DNA of 64,000 nt from a virus, in the IMG/VR virus record IMGVR_UViG_3300032236_001081, positions 11,730 to 75,729 of that record. One strand, 5' to 3'. Below the pieces are notes generated by a model. It searched no databases. It saw only the letters and a program-made list of their open reading frames with translations, and had not been told where the DNA came from. Positions 50,661 through 59,501 of this stretch are shown piece by piece. Position 1 is the first letter of the stretch. Each line of letters opens with the position of its first letter. The translations under genes and the position numbers were made by a program.

Positions 50661-51665
50661 ATGGATTTTTTAAAAGATATTGTAAAAGAAATCGGCGGAG
50701 AATACACACAACTTGCATCAGATATTGATGAGACTGAAACTTATGTGGACACGGGTTCGTACATATTTAATGCTCTTGTATCTGGGAGTATCTTTGGTGG
50801 CGTATCTGGTAATAAAATCACTGCAATCGCAGGTGAAACTTCTACAGGAAAAACTTTCTTTAGTCTGGCAGTGGTCAAAAATTTTCTTGATAATAATCCT
50901 ACTGGATACTGTCTGTATTTTGATACTGAAGCTGCAATCACCAGATCTTTATTAGAGGGGAGAGGCATTGACACAACAAGATTGGTTGTTGTCAATGTGG
51001 TCACAGTTGAAGAGTTTCGTGGTAAGGCACTGAAGGCAGTTGACCTTTATTTGAAAAAACCCGAAGGGGAACGCAGTCCTTGTATGTTTGTTCTGGATTC
51101 TCTTGGTATGCTTTCAACCAGTAAGGAGATTAATGATGCTCTGAATGATAAGGAAGTTAGGGATATGACTAAATCCCAACTAATTAAGGGTGCATTTCGT
51201 ATGCTTACCCTGAAACTTGGTCAGGCAAATATTCCAATGATAGTGACTAATCACACTTATGATGTTATCGGTGCTTATGTTCCAACAAAAGAAATGGGAG
51301 GCGGTAGTGGTCTTAAGTATGCAGCATCTTCTATCATCTATCTTTCTAAAAAGAAAGAAAAAGATGGAACTGATGTAATTGGAAATATTATTAAGTGTAA
51401 AACTGCTAAATCACGTTTAAGTAAGGAGAACCAAGATGTTGAAGTTCGTCTTTATTATGATGAACGAGGTCTTGATAGATATTATGGTTTGCTTGAACTT
51501 GGGGAGCTAGGTGGAATGTGGAAGAATGTGGCAGGACGTTATGAAATAGACGGTAAGAAAATTTATGGAAAACAAATTCTTGCAGAACCAGAAAAATACT
51601 TTACAGAAGAAGTAATGCAAAAACTTGATGTAATTGCCAAGGGTGAGTTTAGTTATGGGGTATGA
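50661..51665 (+). CDS. uvsX: RecA-like recombinase UvsX
   Basis: DTGSYIFNALVSG; AGETSTGKT; YFDTE; LDSLGML; MGGGSGLKYAAS. Confidence 0.97.
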   Translation: MDFLKDIVKEIGGEYTQLASDIDETETYVDTGSYIFNALVSGSIFGGVSGNKITAIAGETSTGKTFFSLAVVKNFLDNNPTGYCLYFDTEAAITRSLLEGRGIDTTRLVVVNVVTVEEFRGKALKAVDLYLKKPEGERSPCMFVLDSLGMLSTSKEINDALNDKEVRDMTKSQLIKGAFRMLTLKLGQANIPMIVTNHTYDVIGAYVPTKEMGGGSGLKYAASSIIYLSKKKEKDGTDVIGNIIKCKTAKSRLSKENQDVEVRLYYDERGLDRYYGLLELGELGGMWKNVAGRYEIDGKKIYGKQILAEPEKYFTEEVMQKLDVIAKGEFSYGV

Positions 51666-52213
51666 AGAATATTCGTATCATAAAAACTGGAGTTGATGTA
51701 TCCAAGATACTAGAACAACTCAAACAATATCCAGAGGATTGGGGGTCTCAGAAGAATATTAAAGATAAGAATATAGAACAACTTGACCCCTCACAATATA
51801 CTGTTACTGTTGATGTTCTTCAATTGATAATAGGTGGAATAGAAAAGGAAGGGCAGTATGTTGGTGATACTGAAATCTGTATTCAAACTCCAGCATATCA
51901 GAAACACACAGAGATTCTTACTTACTTGGAAAAGTATTTTAAGAAACTCCGTCGTTGTGGATTTCTAGCACTTCCTGTTGGGCAAATAGTTGGAACTCAT
52001 ATTGATGAAGGAACCTACTACCTTACAAAAGATAGATATCACCTTTCCATTCAGGGAGTGTATGAGTATACTGTTGGAGATGAAACTATTGTTGTGAAAC
52101 CTGGAATTCTTTTTTGGTTTAACAATAAACTTCCACACAGTGCAGTGAATATTGGAGAGGACGTTAGAATTACTTTCGTATTTGATGTCCCTCACCACAA
52201 ACGTAATCTTTAA
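51662..52213 (+). CDS. Aspartyl/asparaginyl beta-hydroxylase-like 2OG-Fe(II) oxygenase
   Basis: HID iron triad start; RYHLSI; WFNNKLPHSAVN...RITFVFD. Confidence 0.8.
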   Translation: MKNIRIIKTGVDVSKILEQLKQYPEDWGSQKNIKDKNIEQLDPSQYTVTVDVLQLIIGGIEKEGQYVGDTEICIQTPAYQKHTEILTYLEKYFKKLRRCGFLALPVGQIVGTHIDEGTYYLTKDRYHLSIQGVYEYTVGDETIVVKPGILFWFNNKLPHSAVNIGEDVRITFVFDVPHHKRNL

Positions 52214-52224
52214 TTTATTAAGTA

Positions 52225-53598
52225 ATGGAAAAAATTGAAACAACTATTCTTAGAAATTTGTTATTTAATAATAAATTTTGTAGAAAAGTATTACCCTTTA
52301 TTGACCCTAATTATTTTGATAATCGGCACGAACGAGTAGTATTTGAAGAAATTAGTAAGTTTATTGTAGCTTATGAAGACCTTGCAACTAAAGAAGTAGT
52401 CTTAATTGAAGCAGAAAAAAGAACTGATATTACAGAAGACACATATAAGACTATTTGCGATTATGTTTCAACTCTTGATGATAGTCACGTAGATTTAGAG
52501 TGGTTGATGGATACTACTGAAAAATGGTGCAGAGATAGAGCAATCTATCTTGCCTTAATGGAAAGTATTAAGATTGCAGATGGTGGAGACGATAAGAAAG
52601 GTAGAGATGCAATTCCCGGTATTCTTCAGGAAGCATTATCAATATCATTTGATGACCATATTGGTCACGATTATATTGATGATTATGAAAGGCGTTATGA
52701 ATATTATACCCGAAGTGAAGAAAGACTTCCTTTTGACCTTGAGTATTTCAATAAAATTACTGGTGGTGGACTATGTAAAAAAACACTGTCGCTTATTCTA
52801 GCCGGTCCTAATGTAGGTAAATCACTTGCAATGTGTTCTTTTGCTTCAGCATTCTTAGCTCAAGGTAAGAATGTGCTTTACATCACTCTTGAAATGTCAG
52901 AAGAAAAAATTGCACAACGTATTGACGCAAATCTATTGAATGTGAATATTTCAGAGATTGATAAGCTTTCCAAGAGTTCTTTTGAAAGTAAAGTTGTAAA
53001 AATGGCAAAGAAAACTCACGGTAAACTAATTATCAAAGAATATGCCCCTTCTTCTGCACACGTAGGTCACTTCAAAGCACTTCTTAATGAACTATCTTTG
53101 AAGAAGCATTTCCATCCTGATATTATTTTTATTGACTATATGAACATTTGTGCTTCTAGTAGGTATAAAAATAATGCTGGAGTTAATTCATACACCTATG
53201 TGAAAAGCATCTCTGAGGAACTCAGAGCACTTGCTGTGGAGTATAAAGTCCCTGTGTTTAGTTCTACGCAGATGACCCGTAGTGGAGCAACTACAAGCGA
53301 CCCAGATATGACTGATACATCAGAGAGTTTCGGAACAGTTGCAACTGTAGATTTGATTGTTGCGATGATTAAAACTGAAGAACTTGATAAACTCGGACAA
53401 ATTATGTTTAAGCAAATTAAAAACCGAGATAATGATGTATCTAAGTATAAAAGATTTGTAGTAGGTTTAGATAGAAATAAGATGCGACTATATGATGTAG
53501 AACAAAATGCACAGATGGAAGCACTTGACGAAGTATTAGAACCCGAGTATTCTTTTAAAGACGACAAAACAACAAAATTCAAAGACATTAAATTCTGA
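52225..53598 (+). CDS. gp41: Replicative helicase gp41 (DnaB-like)
   Basis: TEKWCRDRA; AGPNVGKS; ITLEMSEE; IDYMNI; DTSESFG. Confidence 0.96.
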   Translation: MEKIETTILRNLLFNNKFCRKVLPFIDPNYFDNRHERVVFEEISKFIVAYEDLATKEVVLIEAEKRTDITEDTYKTICDYVSTLDDSHVDLEWLMDTTEKWCRDRAIYLALMESIKIADGGDDKKGRDAIPGILQEALSISFDDHIGHDYIDDYERRYEYYTRSEERLPFDLEYFNKITGGGLCKKTLSLILAGPNVGKSLAMCSFASAFLAQGKNVLYITLEMSEEKIAQRIDANLLNVNISEIDKLSKSSFESKVVKMAKKTHGKLIIKEYAPSSAHVGHFKALLNELSLKKHFHPDIIFIDYMNICASSRYKNNAGVNSYTYVKSISEELRALAVEYKVPVFSSTQMTRSGATTSDPDMTDTSESFGTVATVDLIVAMIKTEELDKLGQIMFKQIKNRDNDVSKYKRFVVGLDRNKMRLYDVEQNAQMEALDEVLEPEYSFKDDKTTKFKDIKF

Positions 53599-53599
53599 T

Positions 53600-54010
53600 A
53601 TGACAAAACGTATTGATTTCATTAAATACCAAGAATTTGTAGATGCAGTAACCTCTGATGCATCTAAGGATTTTCTTGCTCTTTCTGACCGTATGGTTGA
53701 GTTAGATGAAAAAGGAGCAAATATTGAACGACTTCTAACTTCAGGAGTTGGTATCAACGCAGAAGGTGGAGAATTTCTTGAAATTGTTAAAAAAATGATT
53801 TTCCAAGGAAAGCCCTGGGATAAAGAAACCCGAACTCATCTTATTAAAGAATTGGGAGATACAATGTGGTATGTGGCACAAGCCTGCATTGCTCTTGAAG
53901 TTTCATTTGATGAAGTCATTCAAACTAATATTGACAAGTTGTATAAAAGATATCCTGGAGGAAATTTTGATGCATATTACTCCGAGAATAGAGAAGACGG
54001 AGATATTTGA
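53600..54010 (+). CDS. mazG: MazG-like nucleotide pyrophosphohydrolase
   Basis: GINAEGGEFLEIVKKMIFQGKP; ELGDTMWY; KLYKRYP. Confidence 0.93.
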   Translation: MTKRIDFIKYQEFVDAVTSDASKDFLALSDRMVELDEKGANIERLLTSGVGINAEGGEFLEIVKKMIFQGKPWDKETRTHLIKELGDTMWYVAQACIALEVSFDEVIQTNIDKLYKRYPGGNFDAYYSENREDGDI

Positions 54011-54030
54011 TATAATATAATACACATTTA

Positions 54031-54067
54031 GTCCCAATAATTTCTAAATATAAGAAATCATTGGGAT
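54031..54067 (+). promoter_or_regulatory. RBS-sequestering hairpin containing a late promoter
   Basis: GTCCCAAT-A-ATTTCT / loop / AGAAAT-C-ATTGGGAT; CTAAATA at 54044-54050; GGGA 7 nt before ATG 54074. Confidence 0.65.
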
Positions 54068-54073
54068 TTTAAT

Positions 54074-55096
54074 ATGCCTGTGGATTCTAAAATAGATATT
54101 ACAAAAATCCAATATGTAGTAAATTCTATTGCATCCAGTAATAGTATTGTAGTTAGAAAAAATTATACAGTACAAGTTATCCCTAAAAATTTAGCAGAGG
54201 GGAGGCCGTTATATGAAAAGATATATTCAGAGCTTCTTAGATTATATCCTAATATAAAATTAAAAAAAGAAATTGATGGAGACATAGGTAAAATTAGAGT
54301 AACTGAGAATGGATATGGGTATGTAAAAATACAATTAGAAAAGTCAACCAATAAGATTAGCAGTGTATTAAAACCAGGTGAGGCATATGAATTATATTTC
54401 CATTCTGTGATATTAGATCAACTTAGTAGAATCAAGGAGATAAAAAAAGAATTGGATGGAGTCCCTCCTAACATATTTGATATGTATAATAATGTAACCT
54501 TAAATCTATACGGAGGTGGTAAACAAATATCTATAGGACCTATATTATCTGCAGATAAAGTGGGACAAACTGGTAAAAAACCTGATATCGCAATAAAAAC
54601 TAAACCTGGTAAAACTATAACGATATCGTTAAAACAAGGAAATTTTTCATTTTGGAGTAGTGCAGATACATATGAAAATATTCCTATCCAAATTTTGAAT
54701 AAGACTTTAAAAGCAGGGAAAGTTGCATTAAAAACGCCTCCTGGACAACCTTCCACTTTTGTTGGAAATGTTGGAGGAATAAGAGTTCCCGCCAACATAT
54801 CTGAAGTTAAAAAATACTGCTTTGGCGGGTCTACTGGGGTTGATTATATCATAATCAATGCTAAATTAACTGGAGTAAGTAAAAATAATATTATTAGTAT
54901 GAATGGAATTAATATATTTAAAAATAATAACACTAAAGATATATTGAGAATGCTTCCCGATGTTTACTTAGTAATAAAGTCAGACCCAAGAAGAAATGCG
55001 AAGTCTATGCTACCATATAAAGGATTTACTGTTAATTTTGTGAATAAAGCTCACGCATTTGACCCTAGAAATAAATATGTAGATGGTGTTAGATAA
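54074..55096 (+). CDS. Putative PD-(D/E)xK-superfamily endonuclease
   Basis: Lys-rich protein; GEAYE helix, then KPDIAI...ISLKQ (PD...SxK variant). Confidence 0.5.
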   Translation: MPVDSKIDITKIQYVVNSIASSNSIVVRKNYTVQVIPKNLAEGRPLYEKIYSELLRLYPNIKLKKEIDGDIGKIRVTENGYGYVKIQLEKSTNKISSVLKPGEAYELYFHSVILDQLSRIKEIKKELDGVPPNIFDMYNNVTLNLYGGGKQISIGPILSADKVGQTGKKPDIAIKTKPGKTITISLKQGNFSFWSSADTYENIPIQILNKTLKAGKVALKTPPGQPSTFVGNVGGIRVPANISEVKKYCFGGSTGVDYIIINAKLTGVSKNNIISMNGINIFKNNNTKDILRMLPDVYLVIKSDPRRNAKSMLPYKGFTVNFVNKAHAFDPRNKYVDGVR

Positions 55097-55101
55097 AATT
55101 C

Positions 55102-55108
55102 ATAAATA
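55102..55108 (+). promoter_or_regulatory. Late promoter ATAAATA
   Basis: Upstream of the cytidyltransferase-like gene. Confidence 0.7.
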
Positions 55109-55125
55109 CTTAAAAACTCAATAAT

Positions 55126-56325
55126 ATGAAGTCGTTTCGCCAATTTATATCCGAAGCATTAGAAACAATTGCATCATCCCAAGCAAAACAAATGGGACTG
55201 CGAGGAGATGGGCACGGAGATTGGTATGATAATCAAGGGAAATTAGTAGCAAAAACTGTAGGGGGTAAACTTCAGGTATTTAAAGGAAGAGATAGTAAAG
55301 GTGCTGAAGATACAGCTACTAAAAAAGATACTGAAGCTCAACCCCAAGCAGCACCTGCAACTCAACAACCTCCGGACCAACAGCAACCACAGACACAAGA
55401 GCAAGGTAAAGGTATAGTAGTAGTTCTTGGTAAATTCAACCCTCCAGGAAAGGCACACGAACAACTTTTAAAGTTTGGATTCAATCAAGGAAAAACTAGT
55501 GGGGCAGAATATCGTATTTACCCAAGTCGTATTGAAGATAAAGAAACTAATCCTCTCAATCCGACACTCAAGATAAAGTATATGAAGGCAATGTACCCCG
55601 AGTATGCAGATTATATTATAGACAATAGTGACATATCCACTTTATTTGATGTTCTTACAAGTTTATCAAATGATGGATTTACTGATGTAAAAATAATTGT
55701 AGGCTCAGATAGAGTTGGGGAGTTTCAAAGTTTAGCTCATAGAGGAGAAGGAGAAACCTATCAATTTAATACAATTGAAGTTATTCCTGCGGGAGTGAAG
55801 GACCCAGATAGTGATGTTGGAGGTGCTGGGTCTTCCGCACAATTAAGAGCAGCAGTAGCAGAAGGGAACTTTGAATCATTCTCTGCAAATCTTCCTACCC
55901 GTATGAAGAGAGCGGATAAGGAACAACTTTTTAATTCAGTTGCAGATGCTATGCAACTTGGAGAGAGATATGAATTATGGAGAATTGCCCCTGAACTTGA
56001 TATGGAAGGGTTGAGGATGAACTATAAAATAAATAACTTATATCCTATTGGTAGTATTATAGAAAATTTAAACACAGGACTTCAGGGAAGAGTTCTTCGT
56101 CGTGGGACCAACTATCTTATTTGTGTAACAAATGAAGGAGTGATGTTTAAATCTTGGTTGCAAAATATAAAAGAAGCGGTTTATGAAGTCGGAACCTCTA
56201 AATACCTTAAAAAATTACAAAGTATAACTCCAGGTCAACCTGTAGTTTCTTATACTGGAATTGAAATTAAAGAAACTATGCCTAAGAAAAAACTAAATAT
56301 GAATAGTAAAGGTTCTACAAAATAA
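55126..56325 (+). CDS. Cytidyltransferase-like (HxGH nucleotidyltransferase family) protein
   Basis: VVVLGKFNPPGKAH (family pattern FGRFNPP..GH); NPL...KIKYM; IIVGSDRV; SSAQLRAA; C-terminal RRGTNYLICV domain. Confidence 0.8.
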   Translation: MKSFRQFISEALETIASSQAKQMGLRGDGHGDWYDNQGKLVAKTVGGKLQVFKGRDSKGAEDTATKKDTEAQPQAAPATQQPPDQQQPQTQEQGKGIVVVLGKFNPPGKAHEQLLKFGFNQGKTSGAEYRIYPSRIEDKETNPLNPTLKIKYMKAMYPEYADYIIDNSDISTLFDVLTSLSNDGFTDVKIIVGSDRVGEFQSLAHRGEGETYQFNTIEVIPAGVKDPDSDVGGAGSSAQLRAAVAEGNFESFSANLPTRMKRADKEQLFNSVADAMQLGERYELWRIAPELDMEGLRMNYKINNLYPIGSIIENLNTGLQGRVLRRGTNYLICVTNEGVMFKSWLQNIKEAVYEVGTSKYLKKLQSITPGQPVVSYTGIEIKETMPKKKLNMNSKGSTK

Positions 56326-56327
56326 AG

Positions 56328-57710
56328 ATGGCAAACTGGAGAGAAGAATTACTTTTTGAAAAAGGTCCTTTTGATAAGCCACCTTCAGTGTTAAAAAGAG
56401 AGCGAGATGCTTCTGCAAAAAAAGATGCAAGAGAAGCAAAAGCAGAAGAAGCTGCTGAAAGGTCTGCAGATTATCGTAAATATCAAAAAGATACATTAGA
56501 ATATAAAAAAGGAAGATTGAAATGGCAACAGGAAAGGTCTCTCAAAAAAGATAAAGAAAGAAGAGAAAACGAACAGAAGGCTAGAATAACTGGCCCGCTT
56601 AAAGATATCAAAACTCAAACAATATCGGGCAAGGACCCCGACTCTACTGCTGGCGCAAAGCTAGTAGGAAACGCTGCGTCTCTTGTAGGTGGAGTTGCTA
56701 AAGCTGGTGCTGCTGCAATTGTACACAATATAAAAAAAAGAAAAGAAGCAAAAAGAAACGCTCAAATTGAAGCAGGAACTAAAAAAGCACAAGAAAAAGC
56801 TGCAGAAATGGAGACTTCTCGGAAACAGCCAAGATTACCACCAGCGGGTAGAACTTTGGGCCAAAGAGCACGAGCAAATAAAAGCATTAGACAAACAGAA
56901 ATAGCAAATAGAATGCCAAAGAAACAATATGATTTTAAGCAATCTGAATACGATAAGTCTACTAATGAAGAATACTCTTGTTGGAGAGAGGAGTTTCTTT
57001 GCGAATTAGGAGATATAAGAAGAAAGATGAAAAAAGATAAAGATGATAAAATTGTAAATGTAATGACAGGAACAAATAAGATTACATTATTCCCAACTAT
57101 CATTGAAGAAGTTGATAATGAAGGCGGAATGGCTCGTAATGAGCTTTCTACGATGGAAAGAGCAGTCAAATCACTTCGCAAAAAAATAAAATCAAATAAT
57201 CAACAACTGCCTGCGTGGGTTCAATCTAAAATCACAAAAGCAGCAGACCATATTGATACTGTTGCGGATTATATGATGGGTGAAACTGAAACAGTTAAAG
57301 AAGCATATGATGATGAGAATGAAACTTTCCGTCAGCATTCTCGTGAGAGATTTACTGCTGGTGCTGCTGATGATGATAGAGCACAAAGAACTTCTAGAAT
57401 TCTTCAAAGAATGAAAGAAATGAATAAAGATGCTAAACCAAAGAAGAAAAAAAAAATTAAAATAGCAGAAGAAGGACCTGTTCTATCTGTAGGTAGAGGT
57501 GAAAAACTTTCAGTTGAAAGGGGTGGTGGATTGACTGCAAAAGGAAGAGCAAAATACAATCGTGCCACTGGCTCACACCTTCAAGCACCTGTAACTGGTA
57601 AAGTAAAACCAGGAAGTAAAGCAGCACAACGCCGTAAGAATTTTTGCTCTCGTAGTAGAAGTTGGCACGGAGAAAGAGGATTAGCTGCAAGACGAAGATG
57701 GAAGTGCTAA
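56328..57710 (+). CDS. Modular, highly charged late protein (candidate capsid-internal polyprotein)
   Basis: CTAAATA at 56293; repeated WREE(L/F)L.E; module EGGMARNEL...LPAWVQSKITKA; module GGLTAKGRAKYNRATGSHLQAPVTG...RRKNFCSRS...RRRWKC. Confidence 0.65.
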   Translation: MANWREELLFEKGPFDKPPSVLKRERDASAKKDAREAKAEEAAERSADYRKYQKDTLEYKKGRLKWQQERSLKKDKERRENEQKARITGPLKDIKTQTISGKDPDSTAGAKLVGNAASLVGGVAKAGAAAIVHNIKKRKEAKRNAQIEAGTKKAQEKAAEMETSRKQPRLPPAGRTLGQRARANKSIRQTEIANRMPKKQYDFKQSEYDKSTNEEYSCWREEFLCELGDIRRKMKKDKDDKIVNVMTGTNKITLFPTIIEEVDNEGGMARNELSTMERAVKSLRKKIKSNNQQLPAWVQSKITKAADHIDTVADYMMGETETVKEAYDDENETFRQHSRERFTAGAADDDRAQRTSRILQRMKEMNKDAKPKKKKKIKIAEEGPVLSVGRGEKLSVERGGGLTAKGRAKYNRATGSHLQAPVTGKVKPGSKAAQRRKNFCSRSRSWHGERGLAARRRWKC

Positions 57711-57712
57711 TT

Positions 57713-57720
57713 TATAAATA
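57713..57720 (+). promoter_or_regulatory. T4-type late promoter TATAAATA
   Basis: Exact consensus. Confidence 0.8.
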
Positions 57721-57743
57721 CTTATAGTTTATACAAGGTTATT

Positions 57744-57923
57744 ATGTCAGCATTAATCGCATGGGCATTTGCTAATCAAGCACTTATTGCAACTGTATTG
57801 TTTGCAATTTCAGAAGCACTTGGAGCAAATCCAAAAATCAAAGCAAACGGTCTTCTTTCACTACTTCTTTTACAAGTGCAAGGACAACTAAAATCAAAGG
57901 GTGCTAAAGATTTAACACCCTGA
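57744..57923 (+). CDS. 59-aa hydrophobic membrane protein (holin-like candidate; not in ORF track)
   Basis: MSALIAWAFANQALIATVLFAISEALGANPKIKANGLLSLLLLQVQGQLKSKGAKDLTP; own late promoter and terminator. Confidence 0.7.
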   Translation: MSALIAWAFANQALIATVLFAISEALGANPKIKANGLLSLLLLQVQGQLKSKGAKDLTP

Positions 57924-57945
57924 GGTTTTAACTTTAAATTCTAAA

Positions 57946-57975
57946 GGGGACCAAAACTGCGGTCTCCATTTTTTT
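57946..57975 (+). terminator. Rho-independent terminator
   Basis: GGGGACC-N8-GGTCTCC-A-T7. Confidence 0.8.
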
Positions 57976-57982
57976 ATAAATA
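57975..57982 (+). promoter_or_regulatory. T4-type late promoter TATAAATA
   Basis: Exact consensus, overlapping the terminator T-tract. Confidence 0.8.
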
Positions 57983-58010
57983 TTCTTATAAAACATACGG
58001 GGAAAATAAA

Positions 58011-58874
58011 ATGGCTCTTTGGGGAAATTCAGATAGTAGTTACTCACCAGGGACAGTTACTGTAAGGTATAGTGATGGTAGAATCACCGGAGCTGGAACT
58101 TCATTTACTGCAGTTGGAATTACTACTGGAGCAGTAATTACTATTGGAGCCGGTGGAACCTTTGGAGAAGGTGTAATTAAGTCAGTCACTAATAATACTG
58201 AACTTTATATTGCAACTTCTAGATACCTTTCTGGTGCTACTATTGCAGGTGTTTCATACGCCATCTCGCAAAAACCAAAATATACTATGTTTGACTCCAA
58301 CTATGCTGGAATCACCACCACCTCATCTGGACAATCTACCAAAGTTTATGGCGTAGATGAATTTGAAGCACAGACACAAGCCGGAACTTCTGGAACTAAA
58401 TATAAATTAGCTCATTCAGGATGGGTGGGCATTCATACTTATATGGATGCTGATGGTAATTTACGAGTTAAGAGTGAAGTTCTTGTTGCGATGTCTGGTA
58501 TTACTTCAAATACCGCAGCAACTTATTCTACCCCAGGTGATGCTGCTGATGACACTGTGTTCCCTGATAGATTGATTACAATTAGTTCACAGCCTACCTC
58601 AGTTGGAATTGCTACAACTGGCACAGGAACCTTCAGAGTAACTGCAGCAGCAGTTCCTACATCGGCACTTACTTATCAGTGGCAAGTTTCTACTAATGGT
58701 GGAACTTCTTACAGTAATGCATCTGGTGGAATATATTCTGGAGGAACAACTGCTACATTAACTCTTACCTCCCCTCCACTTAGTGCAAATAACAACCTAT
58801 ATAAAGTTGTTATCGCATCTTCTGGAGGAGCAACCGCAACTTCATCATCTGCAAAACTTACTGTAACCGCTTGA
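58011..58874 (+). CDS. Virion protein with C-terminal Ig-like domain
   Basis: MALWG start; HSGWVG...RVKSEVLVAMS; Ig-like ITISSQPT...LTYQWQ...TATLTL...YKVVI. Confidence 0.75.
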   Translation: MALWGNSDSSYSPGTVTVRYSDGRITGAGTSFTAVGITTGAVITIGAGGTFGEGVIKSVTNNTELYIATSRYLSGATIAGVSYAISQKPKYTMFDSNYAGITTTSSGQSTKVYGVDEFEAQTQAGTSGTKYKLAHSGWVGIHTYMDADGNLRVKSEVLVAMSGITSNTAATYSTPGDAADDTVFPDRLITISSQPTSVGIATTGTGTFRVTAAAVPTSALTYQWQVSTNGGTSYSNASGGIYSGGTTATLTLTSPPLSANNNLYKVVIASSGGATATSSSAKLTVTA

Positions 58875-58881
58875 TATTAAT

Positions 58882-59253
58882 ATGAGATTTGATGAATTGA
58901 ATGATGAAAACTATATTATATTTGCCATAAAGCATTATGAAAATCCACAAGCAGTCACTGAAGATGACTTCTATGATGATTTAAAAAGATTTAAGTGGAT
59001 TAAGCGTTTGCTTAAAAAATATAAATTAAATGGCGAATTGAATACTCATTTACTCATCAATCATTTTTTAATCTTATATAATATATTTGGTGATGCAACA
59101 ACCCCTTTGTTATTTTATATGATAGATTGTGAATATTGGTCTATTATAAAAACAATTATTGGATATCTTGGAAGGTTTCCCGAATATCCAAAATCTGAAC
59201 TTCACGATATTCAAATAGATTTAAACTGCTTTAATTATTTAAATAAAATCTAA
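58882..59253 (+). CDS. Conserved T4-like hypothetical protein
   Basis: FDELNDENYIIFAIKHYENP...FYDDLKRFKWIKRLL...LLINHFLILYNIF. Confidence 0.8.
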   Translation: MRFDELNDENYIIFAIKHYENPQAVTEDDFYDDLKRFKWIKRLLKKYKLNGELNTHLLINHFLILYNIFGDATTPLLFYMIDCEYWSIIKTIIGYLGRFPEYPKSELHDIQIDLNCFNYLNKI

Positions 59254-59501
59254 TGAACGACCGTACCTTCAATCATATTAGAAACTTAATTAAATCTTAT
59301 ATAATTGAAGATGGAGCAGGTATGGGAGTTGCGCCAACAAATAATATTTCGTCTGGGGCAATATCAGGAGCATCTGGAAAGGAAGGAGATATGCCCCCTG
59401 TTTATCTTGATTTTAGAAAAAACAAATACAAAAAATTACCAGACCCTTATAAAGCTTTATTCCGGAGAGGAAAAAATGTTCAACCAAAACGAAAAAGTTG
59501 A
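59253..59501 (+). CDS. Small hypothetical protein
   Basis: PTNNISSGAISG motif; TAATG coupling with the upstream gene. Confidence 0.6.
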   Translation: MNDRTFNHIRNLIKSYIIEDGAGMGVAPTNNISSGAISGASGKEGDMPPVYLDFRKNKYKKLPDPYKALFRRGKNVQPKRKS

